A stretch of DNA of 64,000 nt from an uncultured beta proteobacterium (GCA_963741215.1 CAVUHQ010000039.1:69440-133439), one strand, 5' to 3'. Positions 30,580 through 41,460 are shown, counted from the first letter of the stretch. The notes: generated by a model not told the origin, from the letters alone. Program-made: numbers and translations.

Positions 30580-32263
30580 TCAGGCAGGGACGTCTGCTTC
30601 GGTGCTGGCGGCGGCGCGCCGTTGTGCCAGGCCCGTAGACGTGCGCTCCGCCAGAATCATTTCCGCGGCCCGCTCCGCGATCATCACCGTGGGTGCGTTG
30701 GTGTTGCCCGAGGTGATGCGCGGCATGATGGACGCGTCCACCACTCTCAAACCCGCCACCCCGCGCAGGCGCAGACGGTCGTCCACGACCGCCATCTCGT
30801 CGTGGCCCATCTTGCAGGTGCCCACCGGGTGAAAGATGGTGGTGCCGAGATCGCCTGCCGCGCGCAGCAACTCGGCATCCGATTCCACCGCGACGCCAGG
30901 CTTCACCTCTTCTGGCTGATACTTGGCCAGGGCCTGGGCCGCCATGATCCGGCGCGTGAAGCGCATGGAGTCCACGGCAACCCGGCGGTCCTCCTCGGTG
31001 GAAAGATAGTCGAGCTTGATCGCCGGGTACGCGTGCGGATCCGGGCTCTTGATGCGCACGTAACCTCTGCTGGTGGGTTGCAGGTTGCACACCGACGGGG
31101 TGATCGCCGGGTACGAGTGCAGCGGCTCGCCGAACTTGTCCAGCGACAGCGGTTGCACGTGCCACTCGATGTTGGCCGATGCCCGCGACGGATCGCTGCG
31201 CGCGAAGGCACCGAGCTGCGAGGGCGGCATGGTGAGCGGGCCGGTCTTGAACAGCAGATACTCCAGCCCCATCGCCGCCTTGCCGGACAGGCTGTTGGCG
31301 CGCTGGTTCAGCGTCAGCACGTTCTTCACCTTGTACACCAGGCGTACCTGCAGATGGTCGTGCAGGTTCTCGCCCACGCCGAGGCAGCTCGTGGATGACC
31401 GGCAGGCGCAGTTCGCGCAGCAGCGCGCCCGGGCCGACACCCGACAATTGCAGGATCTGCGGAGAGCCGATGGAGCCGGCCGCCAGGATGACCTCGCGCC
31501 GCGCCTCCACCATCGTCTCACCGGTTTGCGGCGAGTGCAGCTCTACCCCGGTCGCGTGCTTGGCCCCATCGCGCGTCTCGATGCGGATGCGTTGCACGTG
31601 GGCGTGGATCATCACCTTCAAGTTGCGACGGTGCAAGGCAGGGCGCAGGAAGGCCTTGGTGGCGCTCCAGCGCACGCCGCGACGCTGGTTCATCTGGAAG
31701 TAGGCGTTGCCGAAGTTGTCGCCGCGGTTGAACTCCGCGATCTTGGGGATGCCGCATTCCGCGGCCGCGTCGCGCCAGGCGTCCAGGATCTCCCAGTTCA
31801 CCCGCCGTTCCTCCACGCGCAACTCCCCGCCGGCTCCGTGGAACGCGTCCGCTCCGTGGACGTAATCCTCGGAGCGCTTGAAGTAGGGCAAGACCTCGTC
31901 CCAGGACCAGCCGCGATTGCCGAGCGCGGCCCAGTGATCGTAGTCGCTCTTCTGACCGCGCATGTAGACCATCGCGTTGATCGACGAGCAGCCGCCCAGC
32001 ACCTTGCCGCGGGCGTAGCCGATCGAGCGCCCGTTGAGCCCCTGGTCCGGCTCGGTCTTGTAGCACCAGTCGGTGCGCGGATTGCCGATGGTGTACAGGT
32101 ACCCGACTGGAATATCGATCCAGAAGTAGTTGTCCTTGCCACCGGCTTCGATCAGCAGCACGTTGACCTCCGGGTCGGCCGAGAGCCGGTTGGCGAGAAC
32201 GCAGCCGGCGGTACCCGCTCCTACGATCACGTAGTCGTAGCTGCCCAGCGATTTGGGAGCCAT
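30580..32263 (-). CDS. GMC-family FAD oxidoreductase (choline dehydrogenase-like), one +1 frame break near 31390
   Basis: N-terminal YDYVIVGAGTAGCVLANRLS, GMC signature GKVLGGCSSINAMVYMRG, and C-terminal HPVGTCKMG...VVDASIMP in ORF 30580..31521. Length is 1684 nt (3n+1). Confidence 0.85.
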
Positions 32264-32469
32264 CAGTTCCTCCTGTCTTGTTCGCGGCTTGCCGCTCCCG
32301 GCGCGAAGCCACGTTCGCAGGACGGAATGTTACCCCTATGCAGGCCGGAGAAATGCGCAAAGGCGCGGCGTGACCGGTTCGTGCAAGGCACAATCCTGGC
32401 AGCGGGCTTGCCCTGAGCACTCCCTGCGCCGAAAATGGCTGACTCCAACCAGTGCTTCGGAGTATCCGG

Positions 32470-33108
32470 ATGACTGCGACGACGATCTGCAACCGGCTGG
32501 CCGGCATGCGGGTGATACCCGTGCTGCGACTGGCTACGCGCGAGGCGGCCGTGGCGGGGATAGATTGCCTGGTCGAAGCGGGATTCGAGACCGTCGAGCT
32601 GACGTTGACCACACCCGACGCCATCGCGCTGATCGCCGAGCTGCGCCAGCGAATGCCGGATTCGTTCCTGGTCGGCGCGGGTACCGTGCTGGATCTCGAA
32701 ACCGCTCGCCGCTGCCTAGACGCGGGCGCGGACTATCTGGTGTCGCCTTGCCTGGTCCCCGGGATGCCCAGCATCGCACGCGATGCCGAGCGCGCGGCGC
32801 TGATGGGCGCGTTCACGCCGAGCGAAGTGGCGGCGGCCTGGCGCGAAGGGGCGCAGATCGTGAAGGTATTCCCCGCAAGCAGCGGCGGGCCATCTCACCT
32901 GCAGGCGATCCACGCGGTGTTTCCGGCCATCCCGCTTTGTCCCACGGGCGGCGTGTCGACGGCCAACATGCTCGACTATTTCAAAGCGGGCGCGACGGTC
33001 GTCGGTGTCGGCAACAACATCATCGACCAGAAGGCGCTGGCCGCCGGAGACCGCGCGCAGGTGATGAAGCATGCGCGGGGGTTTCTCTTGAAGGCCGGTG
33101 AAGGGTGA
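32470..33108 (+). CDS. eda: KDPG / 4-hydroxy-2-oxoglutarate aldolase
   Basis: VIPVLR, VELTLTTPDA, GAGTV, the active-site region VKVFPA, and CPTGGV. Intact. Confidence 0.85.
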   Translation: MTATTICNRLAGMRVIPVLRLATREAAVAGIDCLVEAGFETVELTLTTPDAIALIAELRQRMPDSFLVGAGTVLDLETARRCLDAGADYLVSPCLVPGMPSIARDAERAALMGAFTPSEVAAAWREGAQIVKVFPASSGGPSHLQAIHAVFPAIPLCPTGGVSTANMLDYFKAGATVVGVGNNIIDQKALAAGDRAQVMKHARGFLLKAGEG

Positions 33109-33280
33109 AGGGTGAAGAGTGAAGAGTAAAGGCGACGAGGATCAGATCATCCGTTCGCGCTGATCCTTCGACTCTGCAGCTGGCGCTGCGACGCTCAGCG
33201 CGAACGTGGTTGGGTGTTGAGCGCGCTCGCACCCTAAGACCTCACCCTTCACTCTTCACCCTTCACTCTTCACGCCTTTC
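33097..33280. repeat. composite intercistronic repeat: (GGTGAAG)n arm, REP-like hairpin, (CTTCACY)n arm
   Basis: Five heptamers at 33097-33131, the hairpin CCGTTCGCGCTGA...TCAGCGCGAACG at 33151-33206, and five inverted heptamers at 33240-33274. It fills the eda-kdgK spacer exactly. Confidence 0.8.
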
Positions 33281-34210
33281 ATGACCACCCCCATCGACAT
33301 CGTCTCCCTCGGCGAGCCGATGTACGAGTTCAGCCAGATCCCCGGCGAAGGCAACCGCTACCTGCAGGGCTTCGGCGGCGACACCATGAACGCGGCGATC
33401 GCGGCGGTGCGCCAGGGCGCCAAGGTCGCGTACGTCACGCGGCTCGGCGACGACGAGTTCGGCAGGCAGTTCCTCGCGCTGTGGCGCGCGGAAGGACTGG
33501 ATAGTTCCGGCGTCGGCATCGATCCCGAGGCCCACACTGCGGTCTACTTCATCCATCACGGGCCGCAGGGTCACGTGTTCAGCTACATGCGGGCAGGCTC
33601 TGCGGCGAGCCGCATGCGGCCCGAGCATCTGCCGCTGGATCTCATCCGCGGCGCCAGGTTCTTTCACACGTCGGCCATCTCACAGGCGATCAGCGCCAGC
33701 GCGTGCGACACGGTGTTCGCCGCGATCGAAGCGGCCACTGCGGCTGGCGTGAAGTTCACTTATGACTCCAACCTGCGCCTGCGGCTGTGGTCCCTGCCGC
33801 GCGCAAAGGCAGTGATCACCGCGACCATTCCGCTGGCCGACTACTTCCTGCCGAGTCTCGACAACGTCAAGGCGCTGTCGGGATTGGAGCAGCCCGAGGC
33901 CATCGTGGACTGGAGCCATCGCCTGGGAGCGAAATACGTGGCGCTCAAGCTGGGTGCGGATGGCGTGCTCGCCAGCGACGGCGCACGCCGCGAGCGCATG
34001 GCGGCGCACAAGGTGAATTGTGTGGACGCGACCGGCGCAGGAGACTGCTTTGCCGGATCCTTCCTCGCCCGCCTGTCGCGCGGAGACGATTTCTGGCAAG
34101 CGGCGCGCTACGCCAACGCGGCGGCGGCATTGACGACGACCGGGTACGGCGCCGTGGCGCCGCTTCCACGGCCAGCGGCGGTCGAGGCGCTGCTCGCGCG
34201 TGGTTCGTAG
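33281..34210 (+). CDS. kdgK: 2-dehydro-3-deoxygluconokinase (PfkB family)
   Basis: Intact 309 aa with GGDTMN and the C-terminal DATGAGDCFAG motif. Operon partner of eda. Confidence 0.85.
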   Translation: MTTPIDIVSLGEPMYEFSQIPGEGNRYLQGFGGDTMNAAIAAVRQGAKVAYVTRLGDDEFGRQFLALWRAEGLDSSGVGIDPEAHTAVYFIHHGPQGHVFSYMRAGSAASRMRPEHLPLDLIRGARFFHTSAISQAISASACDTVFAAIEAATAAGVKFTYDSNLRLRLWSLPRAKAVITATIPLADYFLPSLDNVKALSGLEQPEAIVDWSHRLGAKYVALKLGADGVLASDGARRERMAAHKVNCVDATGAGDCFAGSFLARLSRGDDFWQAARYANAAAALTTTGYGAVAPLPRPAAVEALLARGS

Positions 34211-34279
34211 CGGGGTTCGCGCCAAGATCTGCTCGGCAACGCCCCCAAGGCTGGGTTGCCGTGTCAGGACACCAGCGGA

Positions 34280-34402
34280 TCATCGAATAACCTCGTTGGC
34301 CTGCAGCACAATCGACTGCGGTACGGTCAGCCCGAAGGCTTTGGCGGTCTTGAGGTTGACGACGAGCAGGTACTGGGTCGGTTGTTCGATCGGCAGGTCG
34401 TA
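34280..34402 (-). pseudogene. 3-prime fragment of a COG2984/PF04392-type binding-protein gene
   Basis: Translates as DLPIEQPTQYLLVVNLKTAKAFGLTVPQSIVLQANEVIR-stop, the family C-terminus. Upstream sequence has no homology. Confidence 0.6.
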
Positions 34403-34422
34403 GCATCCAGAAGGTCCAGTCG

Positions 34423-35151
34423 CTAACCTTTGTCGAGCACGATGTCCCAAACGGCGATAACTGAGTCCGGCTCGAGGTCCTTTGTGGGCTGGAGGATCCT
34501 GGCAATCGCTCCCTCTTTGTTCGATCGCACAGACTGCAAAAGAATGTCGCTATCGTTCAGCGGTTCTCCCGGAAAATACATTTGAGTCGTCAGGCGGTTG
34601 GTCCTGCCGGTGACCTCAAAATGTATATGCGGTGGCCGCATCCAGTTGGGGTTCGCTGGGTATGCTCCAGGCTTAATTGTCTTGAAGCGATAGCGACCCT
34701 CGTCGTCGGTGAGTTGCGCGCTGAAGCCTTCAAAGTTCGCGTCTAATGGCGCAGGATTCGTATCGCTCAGATGTGTGTAACGCCCATGGGTGTTGGCTTG
34801 CCAGATCTCAATCCTGGCTCCCTGCACCGGTTCGCCTTTCAGATTCAGTACCCGCCCCATGAGATAAACAACCTGTCCTTGTGCGTGCCCTGGCTTGCCA
34901 GAGATCACTGTGAGATCAGCATCCTGGTCGAGCGGCTTGAGAACGGGATAGAACGGCCCGACGATTTCACCCGGCGTGCGCTTTAGCGCTTGGGCAAACG
35001 CCGAGCCTACTACGCCGGGCATTGCGAATCCGGCAACAGCCAGCGACATTGCGAGAACGCGTCGTCGTGAAACTCGCTGTTGGGTATTCAATTTGGATCC
35101 CCTCGAACGTTGCGTGCTCGTATCTTCCGCTTTACTGTCCAGGAGTGCCAC
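34423..35151 (-). CDS. Tat-exported intradiol ring-cleavage dioxygenase
   Basis: The twin-arginine signal is SRRRVLAMSLAVAGFAMPGVVGSAFA. Also EIWQANTHGRY, GRYRFKTIKPGAY, and the iron site RPPHIHF. Confidence 0.8.
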   Translation of the reverse strand: MALLDSKAEDTSTQRSRGSKLNTQQRVSRRRVLAMSLAVAGFAMPGVVGSAFAQALKRTPGEIVGPFYPVLKPLDQDADLTVISGKPGHAQGQVVYLMGRVLNLKGEPVQGARIEIWQANTHGRYTHLSDTNPAPLDANFEGFSAQLTDDEGRYRFKTIKPGAYPANPNWMRPPHIHFEVTGRTNRLTTQMYFPGEPLNDSDILLQSVRSNKEGAIARILQPTKDLEPDSVIAVWDIVLDKG

Positions 35152-35294
35152 CTTCGCACGTGCTCTGCCTGTCCAACCGCCCCAGTTCGCCGGGCGACAA
35201 CGGCAGCACTGCGTTTGCCATTGCCGCTCCGGTGGAACTGGTTGTTGGGCGTCACTCGTTTGCGCTGAAGGACAGCACCGAGTGCCGAGTTGAC

Positions 35295-35753
35295 CTACGG
35301 TGCGACCGGTAGCCGCGAGCCATGCTGATCAACGATCTGCCACCGTCCTCCGATCTTTGCCCAAACCACGCTGCTTCGCAGCGGGTAGGTCATCACCACC
35401 CCCTGTTGGTTGGTCACGTAGAGGACCGAATAGCTGTTCGTAATCACCAGGTCATCGTTGTACACGCGCGTCGTCGACTGCCGGGGCAGGACGCGACGCT
35501 TTGGGTATATGGCAAACAATTCCGTGAAGTGGGCTCGTATAGCCTCCTTGCCCTCGACGCGGAATGCCGACAGCGCGGACTGGAACACAGCGTTATCGGC
35601 GAACGCAGCCATGTATGCATCCAGGTTTCCGTCTTGCAGGGCCTGCAACCTCGGCGCGGCCATCTGGGCAACTTCCTCCGCGGGTCCTGCCCAGACCACA
35701 CCACCGAATCCCCCAATAGTCAACGCGAGCAGCGTAGCAATCGATCGCTTCAT
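35295..35753 (-). CDS. exported NTF2/SnoaL-like (DUF4440-like) protein
   Basis: Signal peptide MKRSIATLLALTIGGFGGVVWA. The cone-fold pattern ends WAKIGGRWQIVDQH. Confidence 0.6.
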   Translation of the reverse strand: MKRSIATLLALTIGGFGGVVWAGPAEEVAQMAAPRLQALQDGNLDAYMAAFADNAVFQSALSAFRVEGKEAIRAHFTELFAIYPKRRVLPRQSTTRVYNDDLVITNSYSVLYVTNQQGVVMTYPLRSSVVWAKIGGRWQIVDQHGSRLPVAP

Positions 35754-36203
35754 GGCTTCCCCCCACAGAATGGAACTGCGCACGGCAGTCGGCCCGTGCA
35801 GCGCACGAGTCATTGACTGGCTTGCAGAGTGGTACAGGTAGGTACCGAAAGAGCGGGCCTGCGGCCCAAAAGTGCAGCGTAGGAGCAGCCGAACAGCTGA
35901 TCCCTTATCGCTTCTTGTATCGCGGCGGGTTAGGTAGTCTACTCCGTCGGGCGATCGGCGTGCGGCCCTTAGAGCCTAGGTTGCGCCACCACGCTTGCAG
36001 ACATCCGTGACGCCGAACGACAGCGTCAAGGACGCGCCGCCGCTTTCGCACTGCGTCCTCTGGAACGCAGGTGGAAGACGCGCGCGATACCTTCCGCCGC
36101 TTTGAGACATAGCTCGAACAATCCGTCTCCTATGGCTGCGACGCGCGTAGCGCGGCGCGCTACCCAACGGCGACGTCGGTGAAATCCCCGCCTGACGCCG
36201 GTG

Positions 36204-37175
36204 TCATCGAATCAGCTCGTCCGCACGGACGAGCATAGACTCTGGGATTCGGACACCAAGCGCCCGGGCGGTCTTGAGATTGATCGCCAGGTGGAACCTT
36301 GAGATCTGCTCAACAGGCAACTCGGCTGCTTTGGACCCCTTCAAGAGGCGATCGATAAGGTACGTCACGCGACGCATAGCTTCGGTCAGATCTGGGCCAT
36401 ATGAAAGTAGTCCCCCGGCGGTTGTGAACCAGGGCTCTTGGAACACGGTGGGCAGCTTGGCCTTTAGAGCTTCGGCGGCCAGACTGGCGCGTGGCAAGAA
36501 GAAGGTCGGGGAGTACAAGAACATACCCGCGTCAGCGCCTTGTCTCTCCTGCCGCAGAAGATCCGCAAATCCGCGGACATCCCGAACTTCGACGAGACGC
36601 ACCTCAATGTTTAGCGCGTGTGCGGCTGGCTCGAGTTCTCCGAGCTGGTTGCGGCTGAAGGAGTCCCAGAAAACCATAACCCGGCGCGCGGTGGGTATCA
36701 GCTCCTTCAACAGCTCAAGCCGCTTTCCGGTGAGCTGCGTCTGCAGCAGGGACACTCCTGTTACATTGCCTCCAGGTCGGCTGAGGCTCTCGATCAAACC
36801 CGCAGCTAGAGGGTCATAGTCCCATGCTAGGAATACGATGGGAATAGTGTTGGTGGCTTGCTTTGCCGCGCGCAACCCCGGTTCGTTCGGCGTCATGATG
36901 ACGTCCACCTTTTCCTCGACAAACTCAGCGGCGATCCGAGGAATCCGCTCTCGATGACCTTCCGCATAGCGACTGTCTATCTTTATGTTTCTTCCGTCTT
37001 CATACCCTAGCTCGCGCAGCCCTTGAAGGAACGGAGGCATGGAAGGATCATTCGGATCAAACGCAGAGCCTCTTACGATTCCAACGACGGGCACGCGACT
37101 TGATTCCCGTCCGAATGCACGGCTGGGCAGCGCGAGCGGCACGATCGAACCTAGAAGAAAGTCGCGACGCTTCAT
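36204..37175 (-). CDS. orphan ABC-type substrate-binding protein, COG2984/PF04392-like (copy 1)
   Basis: Intact 323 aa with an RRDFLL signal, SLSRPGGNVTG, and the C-terminal LPVEQISRFHLAINLKTARALGVRIPESMLVRADELIR. Confidence 0.85.
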   Translation of the reverse strand: MKRRDFLLGSIVPLALPSRAFGRESSRVPVVGIVRGSAFDPNDPSMPPFLQGLRELGYEDGRNIKIDSRYAEGHRERIPRIAAEFVEEKVDVIMTPNEPGLRAAKQATNTIPIVFLAWDYDPLAAGLIESLSRPGGNVTGVSLLQTQLTGKRLELLKELIPTARRVMVFWDSFSRNQLGELEPAAHALNIEVRLVEVRDVRGFADLLRQERQGADAGMFLYSPTFFLPRASLAAEALKAKLPTVFQEPWFTTAGGLLSYGPDLTEAMRRVTYLIDRLLKGSKAAELPVEQISRFHLAINLKTARALGVRIPESMLVRADELIR

Positions 37176-37337
37176 TCACTCACTTTTCGGTCGCATCCAG
37201 TAGCCGACCGCATCGGACGCTCGACGCTTCGCATGACCGGGCGTTGGCATGCGCAGCGTGACGGGTACCAACGGTACTGCCGCTTCGCGCTCCGGTCGCT
37301 GCGAGCTTGGGCATCTGCTCGCAAAGCGCGGCAGCAC

Positions 37338-37886
37338 TCACTTGAGCGGCGGCCCCACCACTTCCATGTTGTGTGTCTTCATGAGCGTGCGGTACGTCTC
37401 TGCGTCCACACCTTGTCGTTCCTGGAAAATCCTCTCAAGTCCTCCTGGCGTCACGCCGACTAGCAACACGCCAGGCTCGCCGCCGACATTCTGGAAGGCG
37501 TGCGCGGTTCCTCGAGGCACGAACATAACGGACTGAGCAGGGGCGCTCATGATACGGTCGCCCAATTTGACCTTGAACTCCCCGCTCACGACGTAGAAGA
37601 ACTCGTCTTCGGTTTGGTGAACGTGGGTGGGCGGACCGCTCTTGGGTGCGATGGTCTGACGGAACATGCCGAGCGAACCTCCGGTTTGGTCAGCTGTTGC
37701 CAGGAGCTCGGTGAAGTCCGCCTCTCTGCCCTGTTGGCCGGAGAATCGTGGCGCACTGTCAGGTAAGACGACGAACCCCGCTGCTGCCAACAACCAAACA
37801 GCAGCCACCGCGCTGGGACCCGAGAGCAGAGTGCCCACGATGCATCCGACAACGATCCATGTCCGAGAGCCGAGACGTAACTTCAT
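37338..37886 (-). CDS. cupin-domain protein with an N-terminal membrane anchor/signal
   Basis: Cupin motifs PPTHVHQTEDEFFYVVSGE and VPRGTAHAF. The N-terminal segment is hydrophobic. Confidence 0.75.
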   Translation of the reverse strand: MKLRLGSRTWIVVGCIVGTLLSGPSAVAAVWLLAAAGFVVLPDSAPRFSGQQGREADFTELLATADQTGGSLGMFRQTIAPKSGPPTHVHQTEDEFFYVVSGEFKVKLGDRIMSAPAQSVMFVPRGTAHAFQNVGGEPGVLLVGVTPGGLERIFQERQGVDAETYRTLMKTHNMEVVGPPLK

Positions 37887-37943
37887 GGCGCGAGTTCTCC
37901 TTCTCAAAGTAATTCGATAAGACCAGTGGATTGGGCGGCACTT

Positions 37944-38921
37944 TCAACGGATCGCCTCGTCGGCGCGCAAGAGTATCGATTGGGGGACCGTCAGGTTGAG
38001 GGCTTTTGCCGTTTTGAGATTTACGACCATCTCTAACTCGGTCGGCTGCTCAACTGGAAGATCATTTGGCCTGGCGCCCTTGACCACTCGATCGATGAAA
38101 TACGCAAGACGCTTGAAGGTCTTCAAAGCGTCGGTGCCGTAAGACATGAAGAATCCGGCTCTCGCGAAGTCCGATGAGTAGCCAATCACCGGCAACCGGT
38201 TGTCGACGGCCTGCTGCGCAATGGATTCGCGAACGACGTAGAACGCGGGCGAATACAGGAACATCGCGGCGCCCGCCTTCTTTTGCTTCGCGCTCTTGAA
38301 AGAGATGCCGTAGTTGTAGGGGGGCGTCAACTCCGTGAGTACGAGCTGAATGCCGAGCGAGCGTGATGCGGACTGAACATCCTCCACCTGGCGGCGCCCA
38401 TAGGAGTCGTAGAAAACAGCGACACGCGATAGGTTCGGAATCGCTTCCTTTAGCAGTTCGAGGCGCTTGCCGATCAACTCCGGCGCGCGCGTGAAGACAC
38501 CCGTAATGTTCCCGCCGGGATGAGCCAAGCTGTCGATCAAGCCGGCAGCGACAGGATCGTAGTCGAAGAGCGCCGCGACGATCGGGATCGTGCTGGTGGA
38601 CCGCTTCGCGGCGAGCATTGCCCCTTCGGTTCCGACGATGATGAAGTCAACCTTGAGCTGCACAAGCTCCTCTGCCAGGGGCTGGAGTCGATCAACCTGC
38701 CCCTGTGCGCCACGGTACTCGAACCGGAAGTCGCGACCCTCGACGTATCCCAGCTCGAGAAGTCCTTTGCCGATGGCGTGGATGGAGGGATCATCCGGGC
38801 CGGCGCTCACGAATAGTATGCCCAAGACGAGCGCTCGGCTCGATTGCTCTGCCCACCCAGTGATCGGGAGCGTGGCGAGACTTATCGCGATAGCGAGGCA
38901 CGCCGAGCGTATGGTCGCCAT
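37944..38921 (-). CDS. orphan ABC-type substrate-binding protein, COG2984/PF04392-like (copy 2)
   Basis: Intact. Signal peptide, SLAHPGGNITG, and the C-terminal LPVEQPTELEMVVNLKTAKALNLTVPQSILLRADEAIR. Confidence 0.85.
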   Translation of the reverse strand: MATIRSACLAIAISLATLPITGWAEQSSRALVLGILFVSAGPDDPSIHAIGKGLLELGYVEGRDFRFEYRGAQGQVDRLQPLAEELVQLKVDFIIVGTEGAMLAAKRSTSTIPIVAALFDYDPVAAGLIDSLAHPGGNITGVFTRAPELIGKRLELLKEAIPNLSRVAVFYDSYGRRQVEDVQSASRSLGIQLVLTELTPPYNYGISFKSAKQKKAGAAMFLYSPAFYVVRESIAQQAVDNRLPVIGYSSDFARAGFFMSYGTDALKTFKRLAYFIDRVVKGARPNDLPVEQPTELEMVVNLKTAKALNLTVPQSILLRADEAIR

Positions 38922-38959
38922 ATATCGTGATCTCGACAGGGCATTGGGCGGCAAATTAA

Positions 38960-40298
38960 TCAAGCTCTGTAGTAGCGGCGCGCTCGCTGCTCAGCTCGAG
39001 CTGCGGCCGCCTGCGGCGTTGACTGTCCCGACGCAGCCTCGGCCACCATGTTCACCAGAACGAAATCCGACAAGCACGCCGCCGAGGCGTGACCTAAGCT
39101 GCCCGCGTACCCTGTGTCCAGCGTCATCCGCCCGCCATCCCGAAAGGGCGTGTGTTTGGGGTCCTCGGTCCAGACAGGGTTGGATTCGTATTGTCTCAGC
39201 GGCTGTGTGATGTACCCCAAGGAAGCCTGCTGCCAACGCTCGTACTGTTCACGCTCCAGCATGAATCGCAAGTACTCTCGGGCTGCGTTGGGATACTTGG
39301 TGTACTTGAACACCCACGCGGACGTGAACACCGCCAGCTCGGTGGGTCGATTGACAGGGCCAATCGGCAGATGCGCGTGAAATATGTCGGGCGCCAGCGC
39401 CTTTAGACCCGGTTCTTGTGCTCGTCTTGGCGGCGTAGTAAATCGAGATGCCGTTATAGGTCAAACTGATTTCGCCGGCGAGGAAGGCTTTGTTGTTGTT
39501 CGGATCCAGCCACGACAGCGTGCCCGGAATGAAGGTTGGGTAGAGCTCACGGCCGTACTCAAGCGCGGCCAGCGTCTCCTTGGAGTTGATGACAACCTCG
39601 TTTCTCTCGTTCACCATCCTGCCGCCGTGCGCCCAGATCAGCCAATGGCACCAGGTATTGGCATCTCCGCCAGCATTGCCTAACGCAAGTCCCGCCGGGG
39701 TTCCTCTCTCCTTGAGGGCTTTGCACAGCTTCAAAAAACCGGGCAGGTCCTGCGGGACCTCGGCAAATCCAGCCGCCTGGACCATACTCTTGCGGTACAC
39801 GACGCACTCTGTGAGGAATGCCATGCCCACCGCAATCCAACGGCCATTCGTAGTGCAATATCTCGCGCAGGCGGCATACCAGCCGCCATATTTGTCACCG
39901 AGGTACTGCGCCAGCTCGGTAAGGTCCAAGCACTTTTCTGGATAGAGTTGAGGGGCATCGTAGGCCCCATAGATAATGTCGGGACCTGCCCCAACATTCG
40001 CCGCGAGTGCTGCCTTTGGAGCCACTTCCCCCGGTCCGACGCTCTCCACCTGGACAGCCACCCCGGTTACTTCAAAAAACTTCCGCGTGTTGGCCATCCA
40101 TTGGTCTTCGTCGCCCTGTACGAATCGCTTCCAACGCAGCAGCCTCAGTGTTGCGCCTTTCTCGGGCTGGTATCTCAATTCTCGAGCCGCGCTGGCAGGG
40201 CGTGGCGCGTCAAACTCCGCGGCACCGGCCAGTGCCGCAGCGCCAAGAACCTTCAATGCATCCCGCCTGGTCAGGTTCCTCACAGTCTCCCCTCCCAT
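38960..40298 (-). CDS. Tat-exported extracellular solute-binding protein (family 1, sugar-type), one +1 frame break near 39415
   Basis: RRDALKVLGAAALAGAA signal. SBP_bac_1-like body in ORF 39249..40379, with the tail in ORF 38960..39331. Length is 1339 nt (3n+1). No permease or ATPase genes nearby. Confidence 0.7.
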
Positions 40299-40487
40299 GA
40301 CGCGTTCCCCTGCTTCAGCGGGGGCTATCTTGCAGGAAATATGGCCCAACGACCCCAGTTCACCGGGCCGCGAGAGCAAGCGAAGCGCCGCTTTCGCGGC
40401 TTCGATGCAACTGACGGTTGGGCGTCACATGGTTCATACTGACTCGAACGCGTCCAGCAGCACGCCATAACCGAAGCGCTCGACAGT

Positions 40488-41460
40488 TCATCGGATCACC
40501 TCGTCGGCGCGCTGAAGGATCGACTGCGGGATGGTCAGACCGAGAGCTCTTGGCGGTCTTTAGGTTGACGACGAGTTCGAATTTGGTTGGTTGCTCGATC
40601 GGCAGGTCGCCTGGCTTGGCGCCCTTGAGGATGCGGTCCACGTAGATGGCGACGCGGCGATTGAGTTCCGCGATGACCGGTCCATAGGCCATCAGCCCTC
40701 CGTCTCGCGCGATCTCTCCCCACTCGTACATCGCCGGGATACGACGCTTCGCTGCCGCCTCGATAATCCGTTGGTGCTCAAAATAGAACCGCGGAAAGGA
40801 CAGTACCAGGACGGCATCGACACGTGCCCTGGCCATTGTGTCAAAGACGCGGTCGTAGCCCTCCGAGCCGGGCGGGTCGGTGATGTGGAGCTGGATCCCG
40901 GCCGCCCGCGCTGCTTGGCGTACCTCCGTGAACGTCCAGCCATCGCCGGGGTTGAGCACTGCGACCTTCCTCGCGTTCGGCAGAGCCTCCAAGAGCAGTT
41001 CGAAGCGCTTTGCGTCCAGTTCCGCGGCGAGCATGTAAACGCCGGTAACGTTGCCGCCAGGCCGGGCGAAGCTCGCAACGAGCCCGGATTCGAGCAGACC
41101 TTCTCCGCCCCAAAATCCCATGACGACCGGGATCGTGCTGGTCGCGTGCTTTGCCGCCAGAATCGCTGGCGGACTCACCGCCACGATGATGTCCACCTTC
41201 GAACGGACCAGCTCGGCCGCCAGCTCTGGAAGCCGGTCGAGATTGTCCCCCGCAGCGCGAACCTCAAACGTGATTGTCTGATTCTCGACGTAGCCCAGTG
41301 CGCGCAACGCTGCGACAAACTCCGGCCAGACACCGCCGCTCGCGGGGGTAAGGAACCCGATCCGTGCAATCTTCGCCTGCGCCCAGCACTGTCCAGTCCA
41401 CCCGAGGGTGGTAAGCAACGCAACCGCAACGAGCAGCACAGCAGCAATTCGATGTCTCAT
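40488..41460 (-). CDS. orphan ABC-type substrate-binding protein, COG2984/PF04392-like (copy 3), one +1 frame break at about 40548
   Basis: SFARPGGNVTG and LPIEQPTKFELVVNLKTAK, then after removing one base ALGLTIPQSILQRADEVIR-stop at 40488. Length is 973 nt (3n+1). Confidence 0.8.

Noticed and set aside
33097-33131. Tandem heptamer arrays, also at 61723..61750 and 61932..61973, considered as CRISPR or as tandem-repeat coding sequence
   Set aside because: The units are only 7 nt with no spacers, and they occur as inverted pairs around hairpins. This is a REP/BIME-like architecture, not CRISPR.
35976-36167. 63-aa ORF in the 390-bp gap between the NTF2-like gene and binding-protein copy 1
   Set aside because: It has a basic low-complexity composition and no motifs. 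I found no convincing remnant of any family here either.
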